A stretch of DNA of 64,000 bases from NCBI GenBank assembly GCA_963708175.1, contig CAVPSD010000006.1:128031-192030 (forward strand), in the 5' to 3' direction. Within the stretch, counting starts at the first letter, position 1; the number at the start of each line of letters is the position of its first letter. The stretch comes from an uncultured Acidimicrobiales bacterium (lineage in GTDB: Bacteria; Actinomycetota; Acidimicrobiia; Acidimicrobiales; DATKAS01). Shown one piece after another: positions 20,080 through 29,167 of the stretch. The notes under the pieces were generated by a model that saw nothing but the letters and a program-made list of their open reading frames with translations, ran no database searches and was not told where the DNA came from. The position numbers and the translations under genes are program-made.

Positions 20080-20829
20080 TCAGCCCGCGTAGTTCCTGAG
20101 GACTCGGAGGGCAGCTTTCGCGTAGGGACCTGTCGTGACCAGGCCGGATTCCTCGGGTGACAACCGCTGCGCGCCGACCCGGCAGAAGGCCGCGGCCGGG
20201 CCGGCAATCGTGGAACCTGCGTCGGGCGGCCCGTACCGCCAGGGAGTCACGCCGTCGGGAGCGACGAGGTCGGCGAACACCTCGTGTGCCTCTTGGCCGT
20301 TGAACTCGAAGCCGTACGGCAGCGTGCTGTGACCGAGCCACGCGATGTGGCGGAGCCGGTCCGTGTCGGGTAGTGGGATGTCGAAGGGCACCGTGACGTC
20401 AAGCGCGTGCGCCCAGTGCTCGGCGAGTCGAGTGGTCGCCAGCGTCCGCGGCTTGAGCGGCGTGTGCGCCCACGCGTATCGCGCGTCGGGATCCGCGGCG
20501 CGCAACGCATCCACCGATGCTCGACGCGCCGCCTTCCAGCGAGCGAACACCAGGCCCGGCGCGTCACTCTCGGCCGCCACCTGCTTGGCCACCCACTCGT
20601 CGAGGGTGCCACCGTCGCGGCTCAGCCGGTTCGGCTCGTCCGGCCTCGTCGTCGTCGCGACGACTGCCTCTTCGGTCTGCGCGAGGTGGATCATCACATC
20701 GGTGACGGTCCAGCGCGGCGCGCCGGACTCGGTGAGCCATTGCGCTTCGCTGAGGGACTCGAGGATCGACTCCAGACGGTCGTACTCCGCGACGAGGTCT
20801 TCGAGGACGTCTTCGATCGATGTGCTCAC
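20080..20829 (-). CDS. Maleylpyruvate isomerase family mycothiol-dependent enzyme (DinB/MDMPI-like)
   Basis: The GTG at 20829 overlaps the upstream stop (GTGA). Sequence VSTSIEDVLEDLVAEYDRLESILESLSEAQWLTESGAPRWTVTDVMIHLAQTEE... The upstream part of ORF 20080..21108 is Arg-rich shadow. Confidence 0.7.
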   Translation of the reverse strand: MSTSIEDVLEDLVAEYDRLESILESLSEAQWLTESGAPRWTVTDVMIHLAQTEEAVVATTTRPDEPNRLSRDGGTLDEWVAKQVAAESDAPGLVFARWKAARRASVDALRAADPDARYAWAHTPLKPRTLATTRLAEHWAHALDVTVPFDIPLPDTDRLRHIAWLGHSTLPYGFEFNGQEAHEVFADLVAPDGVTPWRYGPPDAGSTIAGPAAAFCRVGAQRLSPEESGLVTTGPYAKAALRVLRNYAG

Positions 20830-21599
20830 TTCTTCCTCACCCGTTCGAGATACGCCTTCGCGCTCGCGCGCGACTCGGGGTCGCGGAGCGCGGTCACGAG
20901 GCTGTCGGCGTCGGCCCAGCTGCGATCGAGGCCGACCATCTGGCGTGTCACGGCGTCGACGTGTCGTTTTGTGGCGCGCAACGTGAGCGACGACTTCGTG
21001 AGTAGGTGCGCCACGAGATCCTCGACCGACTCGTCGAGATCGGCCGCGGGGACTACGCGGTTCAGGAACCCAGCGGACGCAGCCTCTGCCGACGTGAACG
21101 GTCGGCAAGTCATGACGAGCTCCTTCGTGAGCGCGGGTCCGATCTCACGCACGAGCCGCGGGATGCCTCCCCACGCGAGCGGGATGCCGAGATCGACCTC
21201 GGGAATGGAGAAGTAGGCGTCGCTGGCGGCGACCCGGAGATCACACGCCGCGGCGAGCACGAGCCCCCCGCCGATGCAGTGCCCGTGGATGCGGGCGACG
21301 GTCACCGCGTTCATCGACTCGACGGCGTCGGCCATCAGGCGGCCGAGGTCCGCATTGTCACGCGGCGAGCCCTCGGCTGGTGAGTCGAACGCGCTGATGT
21401 CCGCGCCGGCCGAGAACGAACGCCCCTGGCCCGAGACGACCACGACCTTCACGAGGGGATGCCGATCGAACCAGTGCGCCGCCTCCGCGATCTCCCGCAA
21501 AGTGTGCGACGACAGTGGATTGAGCTTCTCCGGCCGGTTGAGCGTGAGCGATCCCCGCTCTCCCGCGGCGAAGACGTCGATCGTCTCGAACTCAGGCAC
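20826..21599 (-). CDS. Enoyl-CoA hydratase/isomerase (crotonase) family protein
   Basis: LTLNRPEKLNPL, VVVVSGQGRSFSAGADI, ARIHGHCIGGGLVLAAACDLRVA. I prefer the GTG at 21599 (8-nt overlap with the upstream stop) to the ATG at 21662, which would overlap the ligase by 70 nt. Confidence 0.8.
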   Translation of the reverse strand: MPEFETIDVFAAGERGSLTLNRPEKLNPLSSHTLREIAEAAHWFDRHPLVKVVVVSGQGRSFSAGADISAFDSPAEGSPRDNADLGRLMADAVESMNAVTVARIHGHCIGGGLVLAAACDLRVAASDAYFSIPEVDLGIPLAWGGIPRLVREIGPALTKELVMTCRPFTSAEAASAGFLNRVVPAADLDESVEDLVAHLLTKSSLTLRATKRHVDAVTRQMVGLDRSWADADSLVTALRDPESRASAKAYLERVRKK

Positions 21600-23058
21600 G
21601 GCGCAATCTCTCGGCCGCTGCGTCCCGCACTGCAGACCGGCGAGCTTTGCCGGCGTCGTCACGGAGCGGCTCGGCGACGAACTCGAACGAGCGGGGGATC
21701 TTGTACCGCACCAGTCGATCCTGGAGATGGACGAGGAGGTCGTCGACCGTGAGCTCGCCGTCGGGTTGGACGATGGCGTGCACTCTCTGGCCGAGATCCT
21801 CGTCGGGGATGCCGACGACGAGCGACGACAGGACGCGGGGATGCTCGTCGATCGCAGCCTCCACCTCCGCGGGGTAGATGTTCGCTCCGCCGGAGAGGAT
21901 CAGATCGGTGCGCCGATCCGAGAGGTAGACGTAGCCCTCTTCGTCCATCCATCCGAGGTCGCCGAGCGACTCCCACCCGTCGAGCACTCGGGCCTCGTCG
22001 CCGATGTAGTGGTACGTCGGTGCCATCCCCTCGAACGGTCGCATGTAGATCTCGCCGATCTCGCCGGGTGGAACGGGGTTGCCCTCCGCGTCGAGCACCT
22101 TCATCTGTCCCGTCAACGGCTTCCCCACCGAACCTCGGTGGGCGAGCCACTCGGTGCCGGTGATGATCGTGGCCGCCTGACCCTCGGTGCCTCCGTAGAG
22201 CTCCATCAGCGTCTCGGGGCCGACGAGCTCGATCCACGCCTCCTTCAGCCACTCGGGACACGGAGCGGCCATGTGCCACACGACGCGGAGCGACGACAGG
22301 TCGTAGCGGGCGGGGTCCGCCTGGACCGCACGGTGCATGCGCAACATCATCGTGGGCACGAGGTTCATCCACTGCACGCGGTGTTCGTGGATGGCAGCGA
22401 GCGCCGACTCGGCATCGAACTTCGGAAGCACCACAAGGTGGTGACCCATGAACAAGCCGACGGTCGAAACGCTGAATGGGGCGTTGTGGTACAGCGGACC
22501 GGGCACGAGGTGCGTGTCCCCGCGCTCCATGCGGAACACGAGCGAGAGGAGATCGGGATCGAACTTGCCCTCCTGTCCCGCGACGATCAGCTTCGGCCGT
22601 CCTGTGCTGCCGCCCGACGTCGGCGCCTTCCATGACGGAGCGATCGCGTCGGGCAGCGGACCGTCGTCCAGACCGGCGTCGGGGGTGAATCCCGTCGGAA
22701 TGCACACGTGGTTCGGATGGTCGGCCTGATCGGCACCAACGACTATCGCTGGGTTCGCCAGCTCGACGATCGCCTGACGTTCTCGCGCGGGGAGGCGCGA
22801 CGAGACCGGCTGGGGCACGGCTCCGAGCTTCCAGGTCGCGACCGTGGCTTCGTAGAACTCGATCGAGTTGGGCAAGCCGATGGTGACGAAGTCGCCCTGC
22901 TTCACCCCGAGCTCGGCGTATGCCCGCGCAAGGCGATTCGCGCGCGTCTCGAGCTCGAGCCTCGTGATGGTCTCCCCGGCGCAAGTGATGGAGGGACGAT
23001 CGGGCTCGTCCTCGGCCAGCGCCGTGAAGATACGTCCGATCGGCATCGGGTCAGCCAT
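21592..23058 (-). CDS. AMP-dependent acyl-CoA synthetase/ligase
   Basis: About 488 aa with AMP-binding motifs (TSGGSTGRPKLI, YGGTEG, GDLGWMDEEGYVYLSDRRTDLI, YKIPRSFEF). Start is the ATG at 23058 or the GTG at 23061. Confidence 0.85.
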   Translation of the reverse strand: MADPMPIGRIFTALAEDEPDRPSITCAGETITRLELETRANRLARAYAELGVKQGDFVTIGLPNSIEFYEATVATWKLGAVPQPVSSRLPARERQAIVELANPAIVVGADQADHPNHVCIPTGFTPDAGLDDGPLPDAIAPSWKAPTSGGSTGRPKLIVAGQEGKFDPDLLSLVFRMERGDTHLVPGPLYHNAPFSVSTVGLFMGHHLVVLPKFDAESALAAIHEHRVQWMNLVPTMMLRMHRAVQADPARYDLSSLRVVWHMAAPCPEWLKEAWIELVGPETLMELYGGTEGQAATIITGTEWLAHRGSVGKPLTGQMKVLDAEGNPVPPGEIGEIYMRPFEGMAPTYHYIGDEARVLDGWESLGDLGWMDEEGYVYLSDRRTDLILSGGANIYPAEVEAAIDEHPRVLSSLVVGIPDEDLGQRVHAIVQPDGELTVDDLLVHLQDRLVRYKIPRSFEFVAEPLRDDAGKARRSAVRDAAAERLRRA

Positions 23059-23080
23059 CACCCGATGATGGCACCCCGCG

Positions 23081-23086
23081 TAAGGT
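23081..23086 (+). promoter_or_regulatory. Candidate -10 hexamer (TAAGGT) for a leaderless transcript of the hydrolase gene
   Basis: A TANNNT hexamer ends 6 nt before the GTG at 23093, and no Shine-Dalgarno is present. This geometry is typical of actinobacterial leaderless mRNAs. Confidence 0.4.
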
Positions 23087-23092
23087 GCGGCC

Positions 23093-23890
23093 GTGCCGAT
23101 CGCTCACGTCAACGGCGTCGACCTGTACTTCGAGCGGGACGGCGTCGGCCCTCGAGTGCTGTACCTGAACGGTTCGGGCGCCACCCTGGCCACGGCCGCA
23201 CCGATCCTCGCCCGCGTGCGAGCGCACCTCGACGTCCTGGCGTTCGACGCCCGCGGGCTCGGTCAGAGCAGCGCCGTCGATCAGCCGTATGCGATGGCCG
23301 ACCTGGCAAGCGACGCGCTCGCACTGCTCGACCACGTCCGATGGCCGACATGCCGGGTGTTCGGCATCAGCTTCGGCGGGATGGTGGCCCAAGAGCTCGC
23401 GGTGACTGCCCCCGAGCGCGTCGAGCGGTTGGCGCTGCTCTGCACGTCCGCGGGCGGAGCCGGCGGCTCGTCCTATCCCCTCCATGAGCTCGCGACGCTT
23501 TCCCCCGAGGAGCGGACCGCGCAGACGATGCAGATCGTCGACACCCGTTTCTCCCCCAAGTGGTTGGCCAACCATCCGCTCGACGACGCCATCGTGCGCG
23601 CCAGGGCGACGGCCGCGACCACAGATCGATCCAACGAACAGATCACCGGCGAGCGCTTGCAGCGCGAGGCCCGGGCACATCACGACGTCTCGGATCGCCT
23701 CGGCCGCATTTCATGCCCGACGCTGGTCGCGTGCGGGCGCTATGACGGCATCGCCCCGCCCGCCAACGGCGAGTGGATCGCGGCGCACATCCCCGACGCG
23801 AAGGTCGAGGTGTTCGAGGGCGGCCACCTGTTCTTCATCCAGGACGAGGCGGCGTTCCCCCGCGTCGTCGAGTTCCTGACCGAGCGCTGA
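23093..23890 (+). CDS. Alpha/beta hydrolase fold protein
   Basis: 265 aa with the nucleophile motif GISFGGMVAQ and a C-terminal FEGGHLFFIQD. Confidence 0.8.
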   Translation: MPIAHVNGVDLYFERDGVGPRVLYLNGSGATLATAAPILARVRAHLDVLAFDARGLGQSSAVDQPYAMADLASDALALLDHVRWPTCRVFGISFGGMVAQELAVTAPERVERLALLCTSAGGAGGSSYPLHELATLSPEERTAQTMQIVDTRFSPKWLANHPLDDAIVRARATAATTDRSNEQITGERLQREARAHHDVSDRLGRISCPTLVACGRYDGIAPPANGEWIAAHIPDAKVEVFEGGHLFFIQDEAAFPRVVEFLTER

Positions 23891-23907
23891 GGCGCGAGAC
23901 TCCCGCG

Positions 23908-24903
23908 ATGCAGGTCACCGTCCTCGGCGCCGGATCGTGGGGCACGACCGTCGCGTCCTTGACGGCAACGCGCAACCCGACAGTGCTGTGGGCGCGCGAC
24001 TCGTCGGTCGCAGAGGAGATCACGAGAGAACACACGAACAAGAGCTATCTCCCCGGGTTCCCTCTCCCCGACAAGCTGCGCTCCACGGCCGATCTCGAGG
24101 AAGCGGTGACCCACGCCGAGCTGCTCATCGTCGGCGTGCCCACCCGCGGGTTCCGCGGCGTGCTCGAGCAGGCCAAGCCATACGTGCACCCTTGGATCCC
24201 AGTGATCAGCCTCAGCAAGGGGTTCGAGTCGGGCTCATTGCTGCGCATGACCCAAGTGATCGGGGAGGTCCTTCCCGGGCGTCCTGCTGTCGCGCTCAGC
24301 GGGCCGAACCTCGCGCGCGAGATCATGTCCGGACAAGCCGCGGCGAGCGTCGTCGCGACCGAGGACATCTCGGTAGCGACCGCGATCCAGAGTGCGCTCG
24401 CACGCGGTGTCTTCCGCCTCTACACGAACCACGACGTGATCGGCGCGGAGGTGGGCGGCGCGCTGAAGAACGTCATCGCGTTGGCGACCGGCATGGCGCA
24501 GGGCCTCGGCGTCGGTGACAACACGCGAGCGACGGTCATCGCGCGCGGGCTCGCCGAGATCACGCGCCTCGGAGTCGCGATGGGAGGTGAGCCGGCGACG
24601 TTCGCGGGCCTCGCTGGCCTCGGCGATCTCGTCGCGACGTGCGTGAGCCCGTTCTCGCGCAACCGCACCGTGGGCGAGGAGCTCGGCAAGGGCCGCGCGC
24701 TCGACGAGATCCTGTCCAGCATGAACATGGTGGCCGAGGGCGTGCGCACTGCGAGCACCGCGGTGGAGCTCGCCGAGCGGTATGAAATCGAGATGCCCAT
24801 CGCCGCTGCCATCCAGAAGGTGGTCGACGGGGAGGCCACACCGATGGACGCCTACCGCGGCCTCATGCGCCGGCGCCCCGGCCAAGAGAGCGACCCCGAG
24901 TAG
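23908..24903 (+). CDS. gpsA: NAD(P)H-dependent glycerol-3-phosphate dehydrogenase
   Basis: MQVTVLGAGSWGTTVA..., ISLSKGFE, GALKNVIALATGMAQGLGVGDNT, VAEGVRT. The ATG is at 23908; upstream track codons are shadow. Confidence 0.9.
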   Translation: MQVTVLGAGSWGTTVASLTATRNPTVLWARDSSVAEEITREHTNKSYLPGFPLPDKLRSTADLEEAVTHAELLIVGVPTRGFRGVLEQAKPYVHPWIPVISLSKGFESGSLLRMTQVIGEVLPGRPAVALSGPNLAREIMSGQAAASVVATEDISVATAIQSALARGVFRLYTNHDVIGAEVGGALKNVIALATGMAQGLGVGDNTRATVIARGLAEITRLGVAMGGEPATFAGLAGLGDLVATCVSPFSRNRTVGEELGKGRALDEILSSMNMVAEGVRTASTAVELAERYEIEMPIAAAIQKVVDGEATPMDAYRGLMRRRPGQESDPE

Positions 24904-24909
24904 CTCGAA

Positions 24910-24952
24910 TTCTTGGTGTTTCTCACTCGCTGCGCGTGAGAAACACCAAGAA
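24910..24952. terminator. Perfect 17-bp-stem hairpin between convergent gpsA and tauD-like genes
   Basis: ttcttggtgtttctcac / loop tcgctgcgc / gtgagaaacaccaagaa. It is relatively AT-rich for this sequence, sits 7 nt after the gpsA stop and 11 nt after the TauD stop, and has no clear U tract. Confidence 0.6.
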
Positions 24953-24962
24953 AACCAGTGGG

Positions 24963-25808
24963 TCAGCGGGGGCGGTCGCCCTCGACGGTGACGCGCTCCA
25001 TGCGCCGGTGCTGGCCCGCGAAGTCGGGCACCGCGTAGTGCTGCGTGCAGCGGTTGTCCCACTGGGCGACGCTGCCGGGCTGCCACCGGAAGCGGCACTG
25101 GTACTGCGGCACTGACGCCTGCCGATACAGGAGCTCGAGGAGCCGCTCGGACTCCGCGGGATCCATGTCCTCGATGTGCATCGTGAACGGCTGGTTCACG
25201 TACAGCGACTTCCGCCCGGTCTCAGGATGCGTGCGCACCACTGGGTGCAGCTGATCGGGGAACTCCGCGCGCTTCTGCTCGCGCTCCTCATCGCTGAGGC
25301 GCATGCCGAACACCTTGACGAACGAGTGCACCGCGACCTTGCCGTCGATCTGTTCCTTCACCCGGTCGGGCAGCTGTTCGTACGCGAGCTCCATGTTCGC
25401 CCAGCAGGTGTCGCCGCCGACTGGCGGGATGATGACGCCGCGCAGGATCGAACCGAGAGACGGACACTCCCTCCACGTCACGTCGGAGTGCCACGCCTCG
25501 GCCGCGTAGAACTTCTCGGGCGTCGACTCGAGCACGACGATCTCGGGATGCTCGGCCTCGTTCTTGGTGAACGGATGCTGCTCGAGCGGGCCCCACAGTC
25601 GCCCGTACGCAACGTGCTCGTCGCGTGTGAGCTCTTGGTCGCGAAAGAACAGGACGTGGTGCTCGAGGAAGGCGTCGTGCAGCTCGGCCATCGTCTCGTC
25701 GTCGACATCCCGGACCTGCACTCCCGACACCTCAGCGCCCAGCGCTCCCGTGAGCGGCGCGACCTGGATGCGGGCGTACTGCTTGGCTTCGGTTGCGACG
25801 ACCGGCAT
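24963..25808 (-). CDS. TauD/TfdA family Fe(II)/2-oxoglutarate dioxygenase
   Basis: 281 aa with WHSDVTW (HxD), VRTHPETGRKSLYVN and WDNRCTQHYAV. Confidence 0.85.
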   Translation of the reverse strand: MPVVATEAKQYARIQVAPLTGALGAEVSGVQVRDVDDETMAELHDAFLEHHVLFFRDQELTRDEHVAYGRLWGPLEQHPFTKNEAEHPEIVVLESTPEKFYAAEAWHSDVTWRECPSLGSILRGVIIPPVGGDTCWANMELAYEQLPDRVKEQIDGKVAVHSFVKVFGMRLSDEEREQKRAEFPDQLHPVVRTHPETGRKSLYVNQPFTMHIEDMDPAESERLLELLYRQASVPQYQCRFRWQPGSVAQWDNRCTQHYAVPDFAGQHRRMERVTVEGDRPR

Positions 25809-25825
25809 GTGCCGACGGTACCTGC

Positions 25826-27367
25826 CTACGCCCGTTCGATCACCCGCACGGCGCCAGCCGTCGGGTCCACTTCGACGATGTCGCCGTCCGCGATTGACGC
25901 CAGCAGCCCAGGCGCGCCGACGACGGCGGGGATCCCGAGCTCGCGCGAGAGCAGCGCGGTGTGGCTGAACAGTCCGCCCTCCTCGGTCGCGACGCCCGCG
26001 AGGAGTGGGAACACCGCATTGAGGGTGCAGGTGGTCGTGATAGCGATGAGGACGTCGCCTGGCTCGATGCGATCGACAGCGCCGTCGTCACTCAGGACAC
26101 GAGCCGGGCCCCGGACAGCATCCCGCCCGATCCCTAGCCCGTGCATCGCGCCGCGCGACCGGTTGCCGCACGCGGCGAAATAGGCGTTGCGGATCGCGTC
26201 GAGCTCGGCCACGTGGGGCGGCAGGTCCACGGAACGTTCGGGCTCGAGGTCGCCGAGCTGCGCGGGAGGGTCTGCATCGCGCGCGGCGAGTCGGGTCTCC
26301 CGCCGTGTCCCGAGATCATCGGCGTCCGGCGCGTCGCCGCCGGTCAGCAGCGCGTCGATCTCGTCGGGCGTCGCTTCGAAGAGGTCGTCGCCGTCGTGCA
26401 GAGCGCCGCTCGCGACGAGGCGGCGCCCGGCCTCGAGCGCCCCCCGCCGAATCAGACCCAAAGGCCACACGAAGCACAGGCCGTTGTCGTCGTCACGCAA
26501 CGCGTAGAGGTCGCGGGCATCGGCGAGGAGCTCGTCGAAGCGCGAGCGCTCGTCCGCGGGCACACGGTCGCGCACCGTCGAGGGGTCGCTCTCGACCACG
26601 CCTGACGGCGCCGGCACTCGCGACCGAATCGCCGCGAGGACGAGGTTCGGACGTTCGCCGAGTGTCGGCCCAGCGAGGTCGTTGCCGTCGATGACGCGCC
26701 AGCCATGCTGGACGAGGAAGCCATCGAGCCGGTTCGCGACCTCCTCACCAGCGTTGCGCACCTCGTCGAGCGTTTCGGGCACGGCATCGAGGTGGCGGGC
26801 GATCTCGTCGATCTGCGCGGTCACCGCCGCGGTCGCGGGCGACGCGCCGGCGAGCAGCGCCGCGACATCCGCTGCGTCGATGCCCCATGCTGATGTCGCC
26901 TGGAAGAGCAGACCAGCCGCGATGTCGAAGCCGGCGTGCTCGAAGTGCAACGGAGCCACCTCGCGGAAGTGTCCGATCGCACGGTCAATGTGATCGGCCA
27001 GCCCGACGTCGCCGAGCGCGGCGAGGTTCTCGTCCTGCAGCACGAGGTTCTTCGTCAGCACGGAGGGCCGCTCGACATCGCGCCACCGCGCGACCTCCTC
27101 CCGCCACGTCTTGCGGGCCAGGGTGCGCTCGGCGACCGCCTCCATCGAGAGCGTCGCGTCCCAGTCGGTCGTCCCCGGCGAGTAGTACAGCCAGCCGTTC
27201 ACGGCGGCGAAGGTCGTCGACTGAATCGGCCACCCGTAATGTGCCGCCGCGCGTTGCCAACCGATCACGGTCGGCGGGAAGAGCACGGTGAACAACCCCG
27301 ACACGGGTACCGGGAAGTGCTCGCGTGTGAACCACCACACTCCGGGCCCGGGCGGGACCCATTTCAT
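25826..27367 (-). CDS. PEP-utilising enzyme mobile-domain protein
   Basis: The C terminus DVLIAITTTCTLNAVFPLLAGVATEEGGLFSHTALLSRELGIPAVVG is the swivelling phosphohistidine domain. The long N-terminal region has no fold I can recognise. Start is the ATG at 27367 (MKWVPPGPG...) or 27433. Confidence 0.7.
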   Translation of the reverse strand: MKWVPPGPGVWWFTREHFPVPVSGLFTVLFPPTVIGWQRAAAHYGWPIQSTTFAAVNGWLYYSPGTTDWDATLSMEAVAERTLARKTWREEVARWRDVERPSVLTKNLVLQDENLAALGDVGLADHIDRAIGHFREVAPLHFEHAGFDIAAGLLFQATSAWGIDAADVAALLAGASPATAAVTAQIDEIARHLDAVPETLDEVRNAGEEVANRLDGFLVQHGWRVIDGNDLAGPTLGERPNLVLAAIRSRVPAPSGVVESDPSTVRDRVPADERSRFDELLADARDLYALRDDDNGLCFVWPLGLIRRGALEAGRRLVASGALHDGDDLFEATPDEIDALLTGGDAPDADDLGTRRETRLAARDADPPAQLGDLEPERSVDLPPHVAELDAIRNAYFAACGNRSRGAMHGLGIGRDAVRGPARVLSDDGAVDRIEPGDVLIAITTTCTLNAVFPLLAGVATEEGGLFSHTALLSRELGIPAVVGAPGLLASIADGDIVEVDPTAGAVRVIERA

Positions 27368-27464
27368 CCTCGTCGCCGCTCTCCGCTTCGCTTCGATCGG
27401 CTTCCTGCTCGCTTTGCTCGACAATCGGTGCATCGCGCACCCGGCGGCGCACTGCGCCGCCCCA

Positions 27465-27936
27465 TCAGGCGTGCACCTGCTGCGCGAGGTAGTGCGCTTC
27501 ACCGATCTGGCGGATGAGCTCGAGCTGGGTCTCGAGCCAATCGGCGTGCTCCTCTTCACCCTTCAAGATGTGCTCGAGCAGCTCGCGGCTGCCGGCCTCT
27601 TCCTTCGACAGGCACAAGCCGATGCCGTTGTTGAGCCGCTCGATCGCCTCGCGCTCGAGATCGAGCGCGAGCGAGAGCTGCTCGGGCACGGTCTCGCCGA
27701 CGCGCACGACGCCGAGGCGCTGCAGGTTGGGGAGGCCCTCCAGGTAGAGGATCCGCTCGATCGAGCGCGTCCGCATCCTTCATCTCGTCGATCGACTCTT
27801 CGCGGAAGTGCGACGCGAGGCGCTCGTACCCCCAGTTCGCGCACATCTTGGCGTCGACGAAGTACTGGTTGATCGCGGTGAGCTCCGCGGTGAGAACGTC
27901 GTTCAGCAGCTCGATGATCTCGTCATCGCCGGTCAT
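27465..27936 (-). pseudogene. bfr: Bacterioferritin, frame broken once
   Basis: [58 protein letters not shown] (ORF 27556..27936) joins [47 protein letters not shown]...[19 protein letters not shown] (ORF 27465..27776). The break is near 27757-27765. Confidence 0.8.
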
Positions 27937-27954
27937 GCGGGCCGACCCTATCGG

Positions 27955-28143
27955 TCAGGCCGCGACCATGACCTCGGGGGCCGCAGAGCGGACCGCGAGG
28001 GCGACCTCGATGTAGGGGTGGCAGCCCCCGCACCGGATGCCGGCGCCACAGTGGAGGCCGACCTCCTCGATCGTGTCGGCACCCGACGCGATCGCGGCTT
28101 CGACCGTGCGATCGCAGACCCGCTTGCAGGCGCAGACGAACAT
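27955..28143 (-). CDS. bfd: Bacterioferritin-associated ferredoxin, (2Fe-2S)-binding
   Basis: 62 aa, MFVCACKRVCDRTVEAAIASGADTIEEVGLHCGAGIRCGGCHPYI, with the CxC...CxxC cysteine pattern. It lies immediately upstream of bfr. Confidence 0.8.
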   Translation of the reverse strand: MFVCACKRVCDRTVEAAIASGADTIEEVGLHCGAGIRCGGCHPYIEVALAVRSAAPEVMVAA

Positions 28144-28148
28144 TGAGG

Positions 28149-28167
28149 AGATGTTAAGCCACCCTAA
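28149..28167 (-). promoter_or_regulatory. Weak candidate DtxR/IdeR-type iron box upstream of bfd
   Basis: The minus strand reads TTAGGGTGGCTTAACATCT, against the remembered consensus TTAGGTTAGGCTAACCTAA (12 of 19 by my alignment). It is in an AT-richer patch 6 nt upstream of the bfd ATG. Confidence 0.3.
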
Positions 28168-28199
28168 GACTCCTGTAAAGGGATGCCTGTCACCGCAGG

Positions 28200-29165
28200 T
28201 CAGGCGACCAGGGCGTACTCCGTCGTGCGCCTCGGAGGCCCGTCGCAGCCCACCCGGGCCTCGTCGACGAGCATCAGGAGATGGGCGTAGGTCGATGCCG
28301 CGGCAGGCCGCCAGAGCCCCTTGCTCACGTCGGCGTAGATCTCGGGCACGAGCTGCGCGATCGTCGCCGGACCCCGCCGAAGCCGCGTGAGGATCTGCTC
28401 GGTGCGCTCGGCCCGATGAGCAAGGAATGCACGGACAAGCGCGTGAGGGTGCGTCACCTGCGGCCCGTGGGTCGGCCAGTACGCCGAGTCGTCCCGATCG
28501 AGGAGCAGGCGGAGGCTGTCGAGGTACGGGCCGAGCTGACCGTCGGGGGGGCCGATCACACTCGTCGACCAACCCATCACATGGTCGCCCGTGAACACCG
28601 CGGACTCCTCTCGCAGTGCGAAGCAGAGGTGGTTGGACGTGTGCCCGGGAGTGTGGATCGCCTCGAGCGTCCATCCCTTCCCTGCGACGACGTCGCCGTG
28701 CCCGATGCGAGTATCCGGATCGAAGTCGATGTCCGCGGCCTCGCGAAGGATGTCGCCGTCCTTCGGCGCGTCCGAACGATCGGCCTCCTCGTCGCCGAAG
28801 ACGACACGATCGTCGGGATCGTCGACCGGCACCTCGCCGTGAGGCCCGAACCCCCACGACACGGGCGTCAGTGCGCTCCGCGAGCGCCGGAGTGGCCGGC
28901 GAATGATCGGAGTGGGTGTGGGTGATGAGGATCTTCGCGACGCGCTCCCCCGGCTCGAGCGCATTCACGATCGCGTCGACGTGCGCGTCGATGTCAGGTC
29001 CGGGATCGATCACCGCGACGTCGCCGTGGCCGACGACATAGGTGCCGGTGCCGAGGTAGGTGAACTTGCTCGGGTTCTCGCGCGACCACGCGCCGGATCG
29101 AACGGCGAGACCTGATCGACTCGGCCGTATTCGATGTCGAGGTCTCGTACGAACGGGATCGGTGA
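28200..29165 (-). pseudogene. MBL-fold metallo-hydrolase (glyoxalase II-like), frame broken three times, no clear start codon
   Basis: The segments DIEYGRVDQVSP / IRRVVAR / NPSKFTYLGTGTYVVGHGDVAVIDPGPD...ILITHTHSDHSPATPALAERT / VVGFGPHGE...TLEAIHTPGHTSNHLCFAL...FTGDHVMGW... lie in different frames. Breaks are near 29086-29093, 29066-29074 and in the C5 run at 28850-28854. Confidence 0.7.
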
Positions 29166-29167
29166 GG

